DNA from: a virus
DNA: 64,000 nt
Virus record (IMG/VR): IMGVR_UViG_3300042519_001303
Span: 22,771 to 86,770 of that record
Strand: one strand, 5' to 3'
Shown: positions 54,035 through 63,510 of the stretch, piece by piece
Layout of the letters: each line of letters opens with the position of its first letter
How positions within the stretch are numbered: the first letter of the stretch is position 1
Notes under the pieces: generated by a model
What the model saw: only the letters and a program-made list of their open reading frames with translations
Told to the model about the DNA's origin: nothing
Databases searched by the model: none
Position numbers and translations under genes: made by a program

Positions 54035-54556
54035 ATGGCCAATGAAGAACGCCCAACTATTACATGGAAACGTGATGAGCCCCAGCGTCCAACGATCCAA
54101 CGTCCTAACGTAGATCCCCCTCGACCAACCATTGAACGTCCTACCATAGACATTCAACGACCAACTATTCAGCGTCCAGCTCCTGAACGCCCAACCATAT
54201 CACTTGGTGATACTCCAGCTGCATCCCCGGCCCAACGGCCAGCTCCTACGCCAACCCAAGGACGTCAAGACACTGGTAGTCACCCAGGTCGTAAAACTGA
54301 TCGATCAGCTCATACTAGCCGATTCGCTAATGTCGTGACTACCCATGCTAATAACCTTATGAGAGAAGATGATGGTACTATTCCAAGTGATGATCTTCTA
54401 AGTGTTGAACGAACTCAAGAACTCATCGACCATCACCGTACTACTAGACACAGACTTGGTTATGACGAGGATATACAGTCTAGAAAGGAAATGCTAGAAG
54501 CTTCTTTTAAGAATAGACATAATAAAGACTATGGTTACGAAGATCTCTACGAATAA
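54035..54556 (+). CDS. Disordered protein with RPTI repeats and QDTGSHPGR motif
   Basis: RPTI x6; AAGGAG RBS. Confidence 0.65.
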   Translation: MANEERPTITWKRDEPQRPTIQRPNVDPPRPTIERPTIDIQRPTIQRPAPERPTISLGDTPAASPAQRPAPTPTQGRQDTGSHPGRKTDRSAHTSRFANVVTTHANNLMREDDGTIPSDDLLSVERTQELIDHHRTTRHRLGYDEDIQSRKEMLEASFKNRHNKDYGYEDLYE

Positions 54557-54558
54557 CA

Positions 54559-55443
54559 ATGACGTTAAACCCTAAACAGTTTGGCCCAACCGGCCAGTTA
54601 CAACTACCAGGTGCTGATAAGTGGGAAACTGATGCTCGGAAAGAAGCAGTTAAAAGTATTACTGTATCTTCTCATGATCCAGACTTGTCTGAGGACAAAG
54701 CAAGGTCATTCGCCCATACCTCCCTGTTGAGCACCAAATTACCATCTACAACACTTAATAAAATGGCAGGCACCCATATTGCCTATACTCCCGCATCAGA
54801 CTACCCTGAGTGGTCTGGTGAGCATTTTCCAGAGAGTAACACTATCGCGTTCAATACTAAAGCTCATGCTGACGTTATGGATGAAGAAGCTCCTGTGTGG
54901 ATGACTCATGAGCTAGGCCACGCTGCAGATGCTAAGGAACTACCTAATTCTAATAATAGAGACTTCTTACAGAAGAACTCACCAGAACGTAGATCAGAAA
55001 ACTTCCCCACTCCAGATCCAAGGCTAGAGGGTGTGGCAGATGGTTTCATGGATAAACATACCGGAACTACAAAAGGGTATGAACACCAAACACAGACCTC
55101 CTACGGTAAGGGTGTTAAAGCATGGTCTCCGGTAGATACTGCTGTCTACCATGCCACCAGAGCACACTCAGCGGCTACTGGAGAGAACCTAGCAGTAGAT
55201 TACTCTGGTGACCATCCTGAGGGGGAATTCCTCCATAAACTAACTAGCCGTGGGCCACATGCTATGGAAGCGTTAAAAATTGCCGGGCTAGGCGACGTTG
55301 CTCAAGAGCACATCGATAAGTGGAAGGCAACAAGAAAGAGTGGCACCCAACTGTCTTTCTTTGGAGATGCTGATTACGATACTCACAATATACCTGCTAG
55401 CCATATGAGTAGTCAGTTTGACGACGACGCACCTAAAGATTAA
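54559..55443 (+). CDS. HExxH metallopeptidase-like protein
   Basis: 'THELGHAAD' with downstream 'EGVADG'. Confidence 0.5.
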   Translation: MTLNPKQFGPTGQLQLPGADKWETDARKEAVKSITVSSHDPDLSEDKARSFAHTSLLSTKLPSTTLNKMAGTHIAYTPASDYPEWSGEHFPESNTIAFNTKAHADVMDEEAPVWMTHELGHAADAKELPNSNNRDFLQKNSPERRSENFPTPDPRLEGVADGFMDKHTGTTKGYEHQTQTSYGKGVKAWSPVDTAVYHATRAHSAATGENLAVDYSGDHPEGEFLHKLTSRGPHAMEALKIAGLGDVAQEHIDKWKATRKSGTQLSFFGDADYDTHNIPASHMSSQFDDDAPKD

Positions 55444-55527
55444 CTTAAGTAACATTAAAATTGATGTAAAATAGATCTACTGCTGATTTCGTATAGTGAC
55501 GGAAGTCACATAACAAAGGATTAAATT

Positions 55528-56271
55528 ATGGGGCTGTTACGTAACGCAAGTGGATTGCTGATCCCTGATGCATTTGGTGGTAAACCAGGTAGAGCTGACG
55601 ATCCAGAATTCCATATACGTAGACTTCACCATTTTGGTCAAGGTATGGGTGTTGATTTAACTTCTACACACCCTAATTTTAGTAGGAAACATATTGCCAG
55701 AAGTCCTGTTAGTGCTATTCCAACAGACCTACTTCAAATGGATAGTCATGGTGAGGGGATACACTTACCTCAAGGACATATTAATGCTGGTAGTGACGCT
55801 ATTCAACTTGAAATGGGGTCTGAATGGAGAAAGTCCGATAAAGCACTATCTGAGTTACACCACCGTGCACCTTTTCATAACTATGCGAGAACTGCTCCTC
55901 GAGGAAGTATGTATGGAAACATATCCAAAGAAATATCTGATGGTGACCGTTTTGCAACTATATCAGAGCCTTGGGACCAACAAGGTTCACAATCTTTTAA
56001 AGATGCTGATAAGCTAATAAGAAGTGAGTTTGGAAATCAAAACCGTAATAGAAGTGTACCAAGTACTGACACTCTTGCAATAGTTAATCGGGCTATTCAA
56101 CATCCAGCTGAAGAAAGTATGAGGGTTAGTCGTAGGCAACTGCCAAGTGAACTTAGTCCTCAGTTTTTAAGCGTTAGACATTTTGAAAATGACAACATAG
56201 ATAGTGACCACATTGACCTTGAGACAGGAAATTGGGCTAAAATAGATCCTGAAGGTTACTTCCCAGATTAA
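55528..56271 (+). CDS. His-rich hypothetical protein
   Basis: AAGGA RBS; LSPQF motif. Confidence 0.6.
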   Translation: MGLLRNASGLLIPDAFGGKPGRADDPEFHIRRLHHFGQGMGVDLTSTHPNFSRKHIARSPVSAIPTDLLQMDSHGEGIHLPQGHINAGSDAIQLEMGSEWRKSDKALSELHHRAPFHNYARTAPRGSMYGNISKEISDGDRFATISEPWDQQGSQSFKDADKLIRSEFGNQNRNRSVPSTDTLAIVNRAIQHPAEESMRVSRRQLPSELSPQFLSVRHFENDNIDSDHIDLETGNWAKIDPEGYFPD

Positions 56272-56281
56272 AGAGCTGAAC

Positions 56282-56695
56282 ATGCCACACGGACACCCAG
56301 ATAACTACCCAGATAGAAGTAACGAACCAAATAGAAGGGCATTTGGTCGTCCTACCCCAAGAATTGACGCGTTAATTAACAACACTCTTGCCTTAGGGCC
56401 TGGTCGGGGTACGCTCAATATTGTTCCCAATGCTGGATCTCGTGTAACTGCTGCGCACAGGAAAAACAGAGCTGAAATGCTTGGTATGGGAGATCTACTA
56501 CCAGCAGTTGCAAATATGCCAAATGATGAGTATTCAAATGAACTAAGAGAAACCTATGCTGAAAGCTTATCAAAGGCAACCGATAGATTTGAGGGCACTT
56601 CAACTAGTATTAAGGGCGCTTTAGCTAAAAGACACGAAATACGTGCAGATGCTAAAAATATGGCAGAAGAGAAATTTGAGTGGCCAGATGAGTAA
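56282..56695 (+). CDS. Hypothetical protein
   Basis: ORF in co-oriented cluster. Confidence 0.55.
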   Translation: MPHGHPDNYPDRSNEPNRRAFGRPTPRIDALINNTLALGPGRGTLNIVPNAGSRVTAAHRKNRAEMLGMGDLLPAVANMPNDEYSNELRETYAESLSKATDRFEGTSTSIKGALAKRHEIRADAKNMAEEKFEWPDE

Positions 56696-56734
56696 ACTTA
56701 GTCTATAATAATATAAACAACTTAAGGAGTTTCC

Positions 56735-57160
56735 ATGGCAATTAAAGACATGTTTAGAGGCGGATCTGATGGAGAGCATGCACATAGTAGTGCAAGGACT
56801 TCATACTCTATGAAAAATGGCAGAACGCCAATAGACAATAGTAGAGCTGATGAGGCTCGGGCCAACGAGATAATGGGTTATGAAACTGGAAGTGTTCCCC
56901 CATTGATGACTATGGATGGAATTAAGCAAACAGCCATTAATGCTGCAAATAATGGGCACGCACAAGCATCAGCAGCAGGAGCTGCCATTGGAGCAGGGCT
57001 ACTTGGAGGCGTTGTTTCTATAGGAGCAGGTGACCAAACTTACTATGATGGCATTACTTCGGCACCAAAGGCAGCAATGCTCGGTGCAGCTGTTGGAGCA
57101 GCCGGAAAATTCATTAGTGACACCGTTAAAATGCCCAAAGGTTCACGTAAAGGCAATTAA
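56735..57160 (+). CDS. Glycine-zipper protein with N-terminus paralogous to 30069
   Basis: MAIKDMFRGGSDGEHA; 'AAGAAIGAGLLGG', 'LGAAVGAAG'. Confidence 0.6.
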   Translation: MAIKDMFRGGSDGEHAHSSARTSYSMKNGRTPIDNSRADEARANEIMGYETGSVPPLMTMDGIKQTAINAANNGHAQASAAGAAIGAGLLGGVVSIGAGDQTYYDGITSAPKAAMLGAAVGAAGKFISDTVKMPKGSRKGN

Positions 57161-57162
57161 AA

Positions 57163-57489
57163 ATGGGTTATATTGACAAAAATGGGGATTATCAACCTAA
57201 TCCTAATGATCGATATGGCAGATCTGATGCTGCTTCAGTAAAAAAGTACAAAAAACCGTCTACTGGCATCTCTGCAAAAGAAAAAAAGCAGAGAAAAGTT
57301 GCTACAGCTGCAATGATTGCGGATGCATCTAAGTCTGATCAGAACATAATGGACGATCAAGGTGATGTAATGGTCCCTTCATCCAGTATTTCTGGTACTT
57401 TTCCAAGTAAAAAGGCCACTTTTCTTCATGCAATAGGCTCATGTAGCTGTGATAGCGCCGGTTGTTGCGATGTGAGTGGCCCAATGTAA
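57163..57489 (+). CDS. Hypothetical protein with Cys-rich C-terminus
   Basis: 'HAIGSCSCDSAGCCD'. Confidence 0.5.
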   Translation: MGYIDKNGDYQPNPNDRYGRSDAASVKKYKKPSTGISAKEKKQRKVATAAMIADASKSDQNIMDDQGDVMVPSSSISGTFPSKKATFLHAIGSCSCDSAGCCDVSGPM

Positions 57490-58302
57490 ATGAAATACGG
57501 AATAGGTATCACAACACGAAATAGACCAGAATGTCTTGAAGTTTGCCTCCGACATTTCGCAAAATTTGGCTACGGTGACAAAATTGTTGTTATAGATGAC
57601 AATAGTGAGATGTGGCAAGTTAACAAAATTGTTGCTGAATCATTCGGTATTAACGTTATATACAAATATAGCAATTCACGCCTTGGTGTATCAAAAGCAA
57701 AAAATGCATGTCTATGGGAATTGCGTGATTGCGAACATGTATTCTTATTTGATGATGATGCTTGGCCTCAATGTGATAACTGGGCTGAAACATGGGTCAA
57801 TATAAATGAAGTAAACAATGTTGGACACTCTATGTTTAATGTCACTGCTTCAGACCTACTGGAATTAAATCCAGCATTTAAAGCAGTTGTTCAACCAATC
57901 TCTTCAATTGGTACTGATGAAACAAAAATGGTTTCATTTTCTAACTGTTTTGGCGTAATGCTCTACTTTAATAGAAAGTGCCTAGATACCTTAGGTGGCT
58001 ATCTCAATGATACCCCGCATCCGTATGGATATGAGCATGCTCAGATTAGTATGAGGGCAAATATGGCAGGATTTACACAAGGCCACCAATATCTTACGCC
58101 AGCAATTGCAAGCGAACTAATTTACAGTATTGATATTACCTATTGCATGTTAAAAATTACTCCACCTTTAGATGCTCGCTGGATAGGGAACTTTCACTCA
58201 TCAGTAACATTGGAAGAATCATCTCAAGCAGGAAAAAACTCTGCCATAATGGGTATCCAAGAAGTATACTCTCCACTAGTAGCCCAATTAGATCAAGGAT
58301 AA
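57490..58302 (+). CDS. Glycosyltransferase family 2
   Basis: 'ITTRNR', 'VIDDNS', 'G...AKN', 'LFDDD', 'YGYEH'. Confidence 0.85.
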   Translation: MKYGIGITTRNRPECLEVCLRHFAKFGYGDKIVVIDDNSEMWQVNKIVAESFGINVIYKYSNSRLGVSKAKNACLWELRDCEHVFLFDDDAWPQCDNWAETWVNINEVNNVGHSMFNVTASDLLELNPAFKAVVQPISSIGTDETKMVSFSNCFGVMLYFNRKCLDTLGGYLNDTPHPYGYEHAQISMRANMAGFTQGHQYLTPAIASELIYSIDITYCMLKITPPLDARWIGNFHSSVTLEESSQAGKNSAIMGIQEVYSPLVAQLDQG

Positions 58303-58304
58303 AA

Positions 58305-58976
58305 ATGTCTGAAATGACCATACTCGTTCCATCCCGTGGACGACCCCAAAATATAATGCGTCTAATGAACGCTTGGAGTATGACAACTACACGCGATACA
58401 CGTCTGCTTGTACTTGTTGACAATGATGATCCCAAACTGGACGAATACCTTGCTATTCCTGATATTGACATGCAGGTTGGACCACGCCTCCGAATTGGTG
58501 GTACTCTCAATGCTGTGGCCCCAATTGAAGCAACAAAGTGTTTTGCTATTGGCTTTTTAGGAGACGATCACCTGCCCCGTACTAAGGGATGGGATGACCG
58601 ATTCCTTACTACACTGGAAAAGGCTAAAGTTGGAGTCACATGGGGTAATGATCTTTATCACGGCGCAAACCTGCCAACTGCAGTAGCCATGACCTCAAAT
58701 ATTGTTAATACTTTGGGATACTTTGTGATGCCTGGAGGTATCCACTTATTTTTAGACAACTTCTGGTTAGCAATAGGTCGAGGACTAGATAGCGCGCACT
58801 ACCTGGATGATGTCATTATTGAGCATATACACCCATTTTTTGGAAAAGCAGAACATGATGAAACTTATACTGAAGCAAATGATGCAAAAGTATCAAGTGC
58901 GGATGAACTAACATTCAATAATTATGTTGCTACCCAACTACAATCTGACCTACAGAAACTGAGAACCATAAAATGA
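58305..58976 (+). CDS. Glycosyltransferase family 2-like
   Basis: 'VPSRGRP', 'VD.DDP', 'FLGDDH', 'IEH.H'. Confidence 0.8.
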   Translation: MSEMTILVPSRGRPQNIMRLMNAWSMTTTRDTRLLVLVDNDDPKLDEYLAIPDIDMQVGPRLRIGGTLNAVAPIEATKCFAIGFLGDDHLPRTKGWDDRFLTTLEKAKVGVTWGNDLYHGANLPTAVAMTSNIVNTLGYFVMPGGIHLFLDNFWLAIGRGLDSAHYLDDVIIEHIHPFFGKAEHDETYTEANDAKVSSADELTFNNYVATQLQSDLQKLRTIK

Positions 58977-59560
58977 GAGAAGATAGATTTTTCCCATTAG
59001 GTACCATCCCAGAGTATTGCACTGCTGAATGGTATTTGGACCGCGAAATTGCACCCCATGTTGACCAAGAAATGCACCGACCTCGGTTAGACGCCGCAGC
59101 ACGACTTGCTATGTCTGTATGGTCTCCAGAATTGACAGTTGTTGACCTAGGTTCTGGTGACGGTGGTCTTCTATCACTACTAACAGAAATCCCTAAATCC
59201 CAAAAATGGGGGTATGATTTGCAACCATCAAATGTCGCTGGAGCAGTAAATAGAAATCAGGATGTTCGTTACGGCAGCGTGTTTGACCCAATTGACTGGG
59301 CGGATATTGCTATCGCTACAGAAATGATTGAGCATCTAGCAGGACCACACCAGTTTGTCAATATGATTAGTCAAAAAAGCAAGTATCTGATTGCTAGCTC
59401 TCCATGGACAGAAAGTGTGCATAACCACTACGAATACCATGCTTGGGCATGGGACGTAGAAGGGTATGCTCATATGCTTGAATCAAATGGATGGAAAGTC
59501 ATCAGTCATGAAACGCCTGGTAATTTTCAAGTAGCACTATGCGAATCGTTAAACGTATGA
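58973..59560 (+). CDS. Class I SAM-dependent methyltransferase
   Basis: 'VVDLGSGDG', 'GYD', 'E.IEHL..P'. Confidence 0.85.
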   Translation: MREDRFFPLGTIPEYCTAEWYLDREIAPHVDQEMHRPRLDAAARLAMSVWSPELTVVDLGSGDGGLLSLLTEIPKSQKWGYDLQPSNVAGAVNRNQDVRYGSVFDPIDWADIAIATEMIEHLAGPHQFVNMISQKSKYLIASSPWTESVHNHYEYHAWAWDVEGYAHMLESNGWKVISHETPGNFQVALCESLNV

Positions 59561-60417
59561 AAATTCTAATAACTGGAAATGCTGGCTTTGTTGGCAGAGA
59601 ATTCATGAAGCAGTTAGATGGTCATGATATAACTGGAATTGATATAGTAAATGGCATTGATGCAAGAGATTTCTTTGCAAAAGACAACACTAAATTTGAC
59701 CTAGTTATCCACCTAGCCGCAATTGTAGGTGGAAGAGCCACAATTGAAGGCAACCCACTAAAGGTAGCTACTGACCTTGCTATTGACTCCGACATGTTTC
59801 AATGGGCCTTGCGTACACGACCAGGTAGAACTGTGTATTACTCCTCCTCGGCAGCATATCCAACGGCATATCAAACTCATACTATGAAGTATGTTCTTAA
59901 TGAAAACCATATTGACCTAGACTCCATAATGTCTCCTGATCTAACTTACGGGTGGGCGAAACTTACAGGAGAAACTTTGGCTAAGTACGCCAGCAATGAG
60001 GGTCTCCGTGTCCATGTTTTCCGTCCATTTTCTGGGTACGGAGAAGATCAAGACTTAGATTATCCATTCCCCTCATTTATTGCAAGAGGAAAAAGAAAAG
60101 ATAATCCATTTGAAATTTGGGGTACTGGAGAACAAGTACGCGATTTCATACATATTGAAGACGTAGTTAGCGCAACTCTAGAAGCAGTTAACCAGGATAT
60201 TCAAGGCCCTGTTAATTTAGGATGTGGAAGAGCTACAAGCTTTAATGAACTGGCTAAATTGGTATCAACAGAAGTTGGGTACACACCAGAGATTAAGCAC
60301 ATCTTGGGGGCACCTGAAGGGGTTTCCTACCGTGTATGTGACCCTTCAAAACTTCTTACGTTCTATACTCCTAAAATATCCTTAGAAGAGGGCATACGTC
60401 GAGCTATTCGTTCCTGA
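59557..60417 (+). CDS. NAD-dependent nucleotide-sugar epimerase/dehydratase
   Basis: 'ITGNAGFVG', 'HLAA', 'SSSA.Y', 'YGWAK' (YxxxK), 'G.G.Q.RDFIH'. Confidence 0.92.
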   Translation: MKILITGNAGFVGREFMKQLDGHDITGIDIVNGIDARDFFAKDNTKFDLVIHLAAIVGGRATIEGNPLKVATDLAIDSDMFQWALRTRPGRTVYYSSSAAYPTAYQTHTMKYVLNENHIDLDSIMSPDLTYGWAKLTGETLAKYASNEGLRVHVFRPFSGYGEDQDLDYPFPSFIARGKRKDNPFEIWGTGEQVRDFIHIEDVVSATLEAVNQDIQGPVNLGCGRATSFNELAKLVSTEVGYTPEIKHILGAPEGVSYRVCDPSKLLTFYTPKISLEEGIRRAIRS

Positions 60418-60431
60418 AAGCTGAAGCTTCA

Positions 60432-60505
60432 GCCGGATGATGCGTCCGGTTGACGCAAGGTGTCTTATAAACACCCGTAGACGGGTTCAACTCCCGTATC
60501 CGGCA
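60432..60505 (+). tRNA. Atypical tRNA-Ile(UAU)
   Basis: GCCGGAT/ATCCGGC acceptor stem, GGTGT-CTTATAA-ACACC anticodon arm, ACGGG-TTCAACT-CCCGT T arm; unusual D arm. Confidence 0.8.
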
Positions 60506-60557
60506 CTGCTATACTTGTAAAGATCGTGTGTAATTAACCACTTTTAAAAGGAGTATA

Positions 60558-61853
60558 TTGATAAGAAAAGCTTTTCGGAATATCATAAGTATCTCAAGAT
60601 GGTCCCTTATAGCTTTATCAATATTTCCAATAAGTTCAGCGAAAGCTGACACCAACCCAATAATTACTGAACCCACTGACTTTTGGTTTTCATATGCAGA
60701 ACCAACTCAGTTTTTGGCACAAACATATCAATCTGATGGATTTGAGTCAGATCCACAACTTTGGTTATACAATGCTGATACAGGCCAAGAAATTGCATCA
60801 AATGATGACTATTTTGGTCTTCAATCTAAAATTGATTTAGCAGTTCCTGCAGGTAATTATCGTTTAAGAGCAGCAACATGCTGTGGTGACCCCAATGCTT
60901 GGCGTGATGGAGTTGTTTGGAACATCAAGTATGAGCTATCCTTTAACGGTAATCCAGTAAATACAACGACTACAACTGAGGTGACAACATCGCTACCACC
61001 AGAAGTGCCTACGACGACGACCCTTCCAGAATTGCCTACAACAACTTCCTCAACTACAACGGAGACACCAACAACATGGCCGGAAAATACAACATCCACG
61101 GAACCGACGACGACAACTACTACTATTGCCCCAACGACGACTGCCCCTGTAATGGAGGTAACTACAACAACTACTGTTGTGGACACTGTGGCGCCTTCTA
61201 CAACGCCTACGACGAGCCCATCTGTAACGATTGTGGAGCCCCCGCAGACTTCTCTAGCTCCTTCAACTACTTTAAGTCCCTTTTTCCCGACACCGTTGAC
61301 GACATTGCCAGAAACTACGACAACAACTCCGGAAACTCCAACGGAAACTACAGAGACACCTACAACGACCGTACCTGAAGAAGAAACCATACCTGAGGAA
61401 GAAATAGTAATCCCTGATAGCCCTACTTCAGAAGAAATTAATGAATTAGCAGATGAATTAGTATCATCAATTACCGAATTATCTGACGAAGAGATCACCA
61501 ACCTAGTAGAATCTATAGATGTAAGTGAATTAACCGAGGAATCAATCTCCGCTGTCTTTAGCGAAGAAGTACTTAACGAACTATCTGATGACCAGGTTAC
61601 AGAACTTATTGACGCAATCGTTCCAAGCGAATTGTCTGATGATCAGGCTTTGGCGCTTTCAGAAGCACTAACAGATGCCCCAGACAACGTAAAACAAGAG
61701 TTTGAGCAGCAGATTGATGTATTTGGTGGTCAATTTGACACTTATGTAGCAACTGGTTCTGCAGTATCAGTGGGGGCACGACGCGTACTCGTAGCTGCAG
61801 CAGTAGCTGCTTTTGCTATGCCCATCCCTACTAGCTCTTCAAGGAAGCAATAA
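60558..61853 (+). CDS. Secreted/membrane protein: PPC-like beta domain, Thr/Pro mucin-like stalk, acidic repeats, C-terminal hydrophobic segment
   Basis: Signal peptide; 'DPQLWLY...NDD..G..S.I....AG.Y'; TTT tracts; (E/D)LS(D/E)(D/E) repeats. Confidence 0.7.
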   Translation: MIRKAFRNIISISRWSLIALSIFPISSAKADTNPIITEPTDFWFSYAEPTQFLAQTYQSDGFESDPQLWLYNADTGQEIASNDDYFGLQSKIDLAVPAGNYRLRAATCCGDPNAWRDGVVWNIKYELSFNGNPVNTTTTTEVTTSLPPEVPTTTTLPELPTTTSSTTTETPTTWPENTTSTEPTTTTTTIAPTTTAPVMEVTTTTTVVDTVAPSTTPTTSPSVTIVEPPQTSLAPSTTLSPFFPTPLTTLPETTTTTPETPTETTETPTTTVPEEETIPEEEIVIPDSPTSEEINELADELVSSITELSDEEITNLVESIDVSELTEESISAVFSEEVLNELSDDQVTELIDAIVPSELSDDQALALSEALTDAPDNVKQEFEQQIDVFGGQFDTYVATGSAVSVGARRVLVAAAVAAFAMPIPTSSSRKQ

Positions 61854-62032
61854 TGATCGGTAAATTTTTAAAAGAAACATCAGCACTATCTTGGACCCTT
61901 GGTGGTACCGGATTGGTACTTATTACATTAAGTGGCCCAACTAAAGTATTGGGTATATGGATTTCAGTAATTTCGTTAGTTGTACACCTTATTGGTGTTG
62001 CATTTTCAAAAGATGAGGAGGAATCAGAGTGA
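61853..62032 (+). CDS. Two-TM small protein (not in track)
   Basis: MIGKFLKETSALSWTLGGTGLVLITLSG...; TAATG coupling. Confidence 0.6.
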   Translation: MIGKFLKETSALSWTLGGTGLVLITLSGPTKVLGIWISVISLVVHLIGVAFSKDEEESE

Positions 62033-62184
62033 AAATATCTAGTAGACTATTTAGTGTAGTTGCCATTACAATGATATCCGCAACGCTGCTTTCAGCTTGC
62101 TCTGATAGATACAGGAACCCAGAAGATGACCCAAGAAACCAGGCCACAACGGTCAATCCCGTCACGCAAACGCCTCTCCCCTGA
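62029..62184 (+). CDS. Small lipoprotein (not in track)
   Basis: GTG start after GAGGAG; signal peptide ending LLSA-C lipobox. Confidence 0.6.
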   Translation: MKISSRLFSVVAITMISATLLSACSDRYRNPEDDPRNQATTVNPVTQTPLP

Positions 62185-62422
62185 GGAAATTGAAGCCAGA
62201 ACACGAGCAGTTGTTATTATATGTTTAGTAAGTGTTCTTCTAGGAAGTGTTGGAGCTCTGCTCTATTCTTTAATTTTTGTTTACCAACCATCGGAGCAAT
62301 CACCAAATGACGCAGCGTTTCTTAAAATCCTTGAGCCTCTTATGTTTAGCATTGGCGGCGCCCTTACCGGTTTGGCTGCTGGTCGTGCTATGTCTTCTGG
62401 TAAAAAAGATGAGGACGAATAA
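62126..62422 (+). CDS. Two-TM membrane protein
   Basis: Two hydrophobic helices, GxxxG. Confidence 0.65.
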   Translation: MTQETRPQRSIPSRKRLSPEEIEARTRAVVIICLVSVLLGSVGALLYSLIFVYQPSEQSPNDAAFLKILEPLMFSIGGALTGLAAGRAMSSGKKDEDE

Positions 62423-62695
62423 ATGGAACCGATCTACATCCCCGTCGTAGTTGCATTAATTGGAGGACCAGTTATGTGGTTCCTCAGTCGCTTTGATAAG
62501 CGCAACACAGAACAGCATGACAGAAATATGCATGTACTTGATAAACTAGATATCAAGGTTGACCAGATGAACTGGAAAATAGACAAAATAGACGGAAAAG
62601 TAGATCGAATAGACTCTCGAGTTACTAACATTGAGAATACTAAAGCACTTCCTGAATTAAAAGTTACTAAACCACGCTCTAAGCGCAGTGTATAA
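62423..62695 (+). CDS. TM + coiled-coil protein (holin/lysis-associated type)
   Basis: N-terminal TM then heptad 'LDKLDIKVD..KIDKIDGKVD'. Confidence 0.55.
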   Translation: MEPIYIPVVVALIGGPVMWFLSRFDKRNTEQHDRNMHVLDKLDIKVDQMNWKIDKIDGKVDRIDSRVTNIENTKALPELKVTKPRSKRSV

Positions 62696-62772
62696 TTATT
62701 AGAACGGAATCCGGTTAAGGGTGGGCTATCTGAGGGTGGCCCACCCTATACTCCACGAGGTAGAATGGTCTT

Positions 62773-63510
62773 ATGATAAACAAAGTTAACTATTCTATGT
62801 ATAAGGGTCTACCGTGGGAAAGACTCATTATTGTGAAGGATAAACGCACACATCGCGTTATCCGACCAATTAGTGCACGTGCTAGTGTGCAAACAAGTAC
62901 AACTGGTCGTAAGGAAATGACTACCTTTATTACTTCAGAAGGTGGCATTATGCTAGCCCTTACTGAAGAAGATACTGCAGATTTGCCAGTAGGGGATTTA
63001 AGCTATGATGTTTTAGCTACCTACGCTAGAGCAGCACCATACACTGGTGCAAGTGACCAAGTAACACGCCCCGTTGCAGCAGGTACAATTACTGTTACCG
63101 CATTAGATAACATTACACCAATGGAGGATACACAAGCTATGGAAATCAGATTTAAACAGCGTGTTGATTTCCGTCGTAATTTTACTTGGCGCGATGCAGA
63201 AGACAATATATTAACTGTTCAAGATGCCTTTATGCAGGCAAAAGATAGCGCCGGAGCTAACGTTCTTGATCTTCGTTGGTATGCTACCAAGCCCTCAGAA
63301 GAGACTGTAATAGCCCTAACCGGTAGTCGTCGTGGTTATATAGCCCCAATATCTGGTGCAACACTAGAATTGCATGTATCAGATAAAAACACCGTTCCAG
63401 CTGGTATTTACCCATTTGACCTGTTTGTTAAAGATTCAGCAGGAGATTGGGATTGCTTAGCTTCTGGAACGGTAGTAGTTGAAGCATCAGTATCGGTTCC
63501 CCCAACATGA
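62773..63510 (+). CDS. Virion protein with two BppU-like repeats
   Basis: 'G.I.L.LT...TA.L..G...YDV' pattern occurs twice. Confidence 0.55.
   Translation: MINKVNYSMYKGLPWERLIIVKDKRTHRVIRPISARASVQTSTTGRKEMTTFITSEGGIMLALTEEDTADLPVGDLSYDVLATYARAAPYTGASDQVTRPVAAGTITVTALDNITPMEDTQAMEIRFKQRVDFRRNFTWRDAEDNILTVQDAFMQAKDSAGANVLDLRWYATKPSEETVIALTGSRRGYIAPISGATLELHVSDKNTVPAGIYPFDLFVKDSAGDWDCLASGTVVVEASVSVPPT

Noticed and set aside
60857-61501. 214-aa Val-rich antisense ORF, and similar shadows (8219, 32785, 37016, 43068)
   Set aside because: Mirror frames of well-supported or low-complexity genes on the other strand
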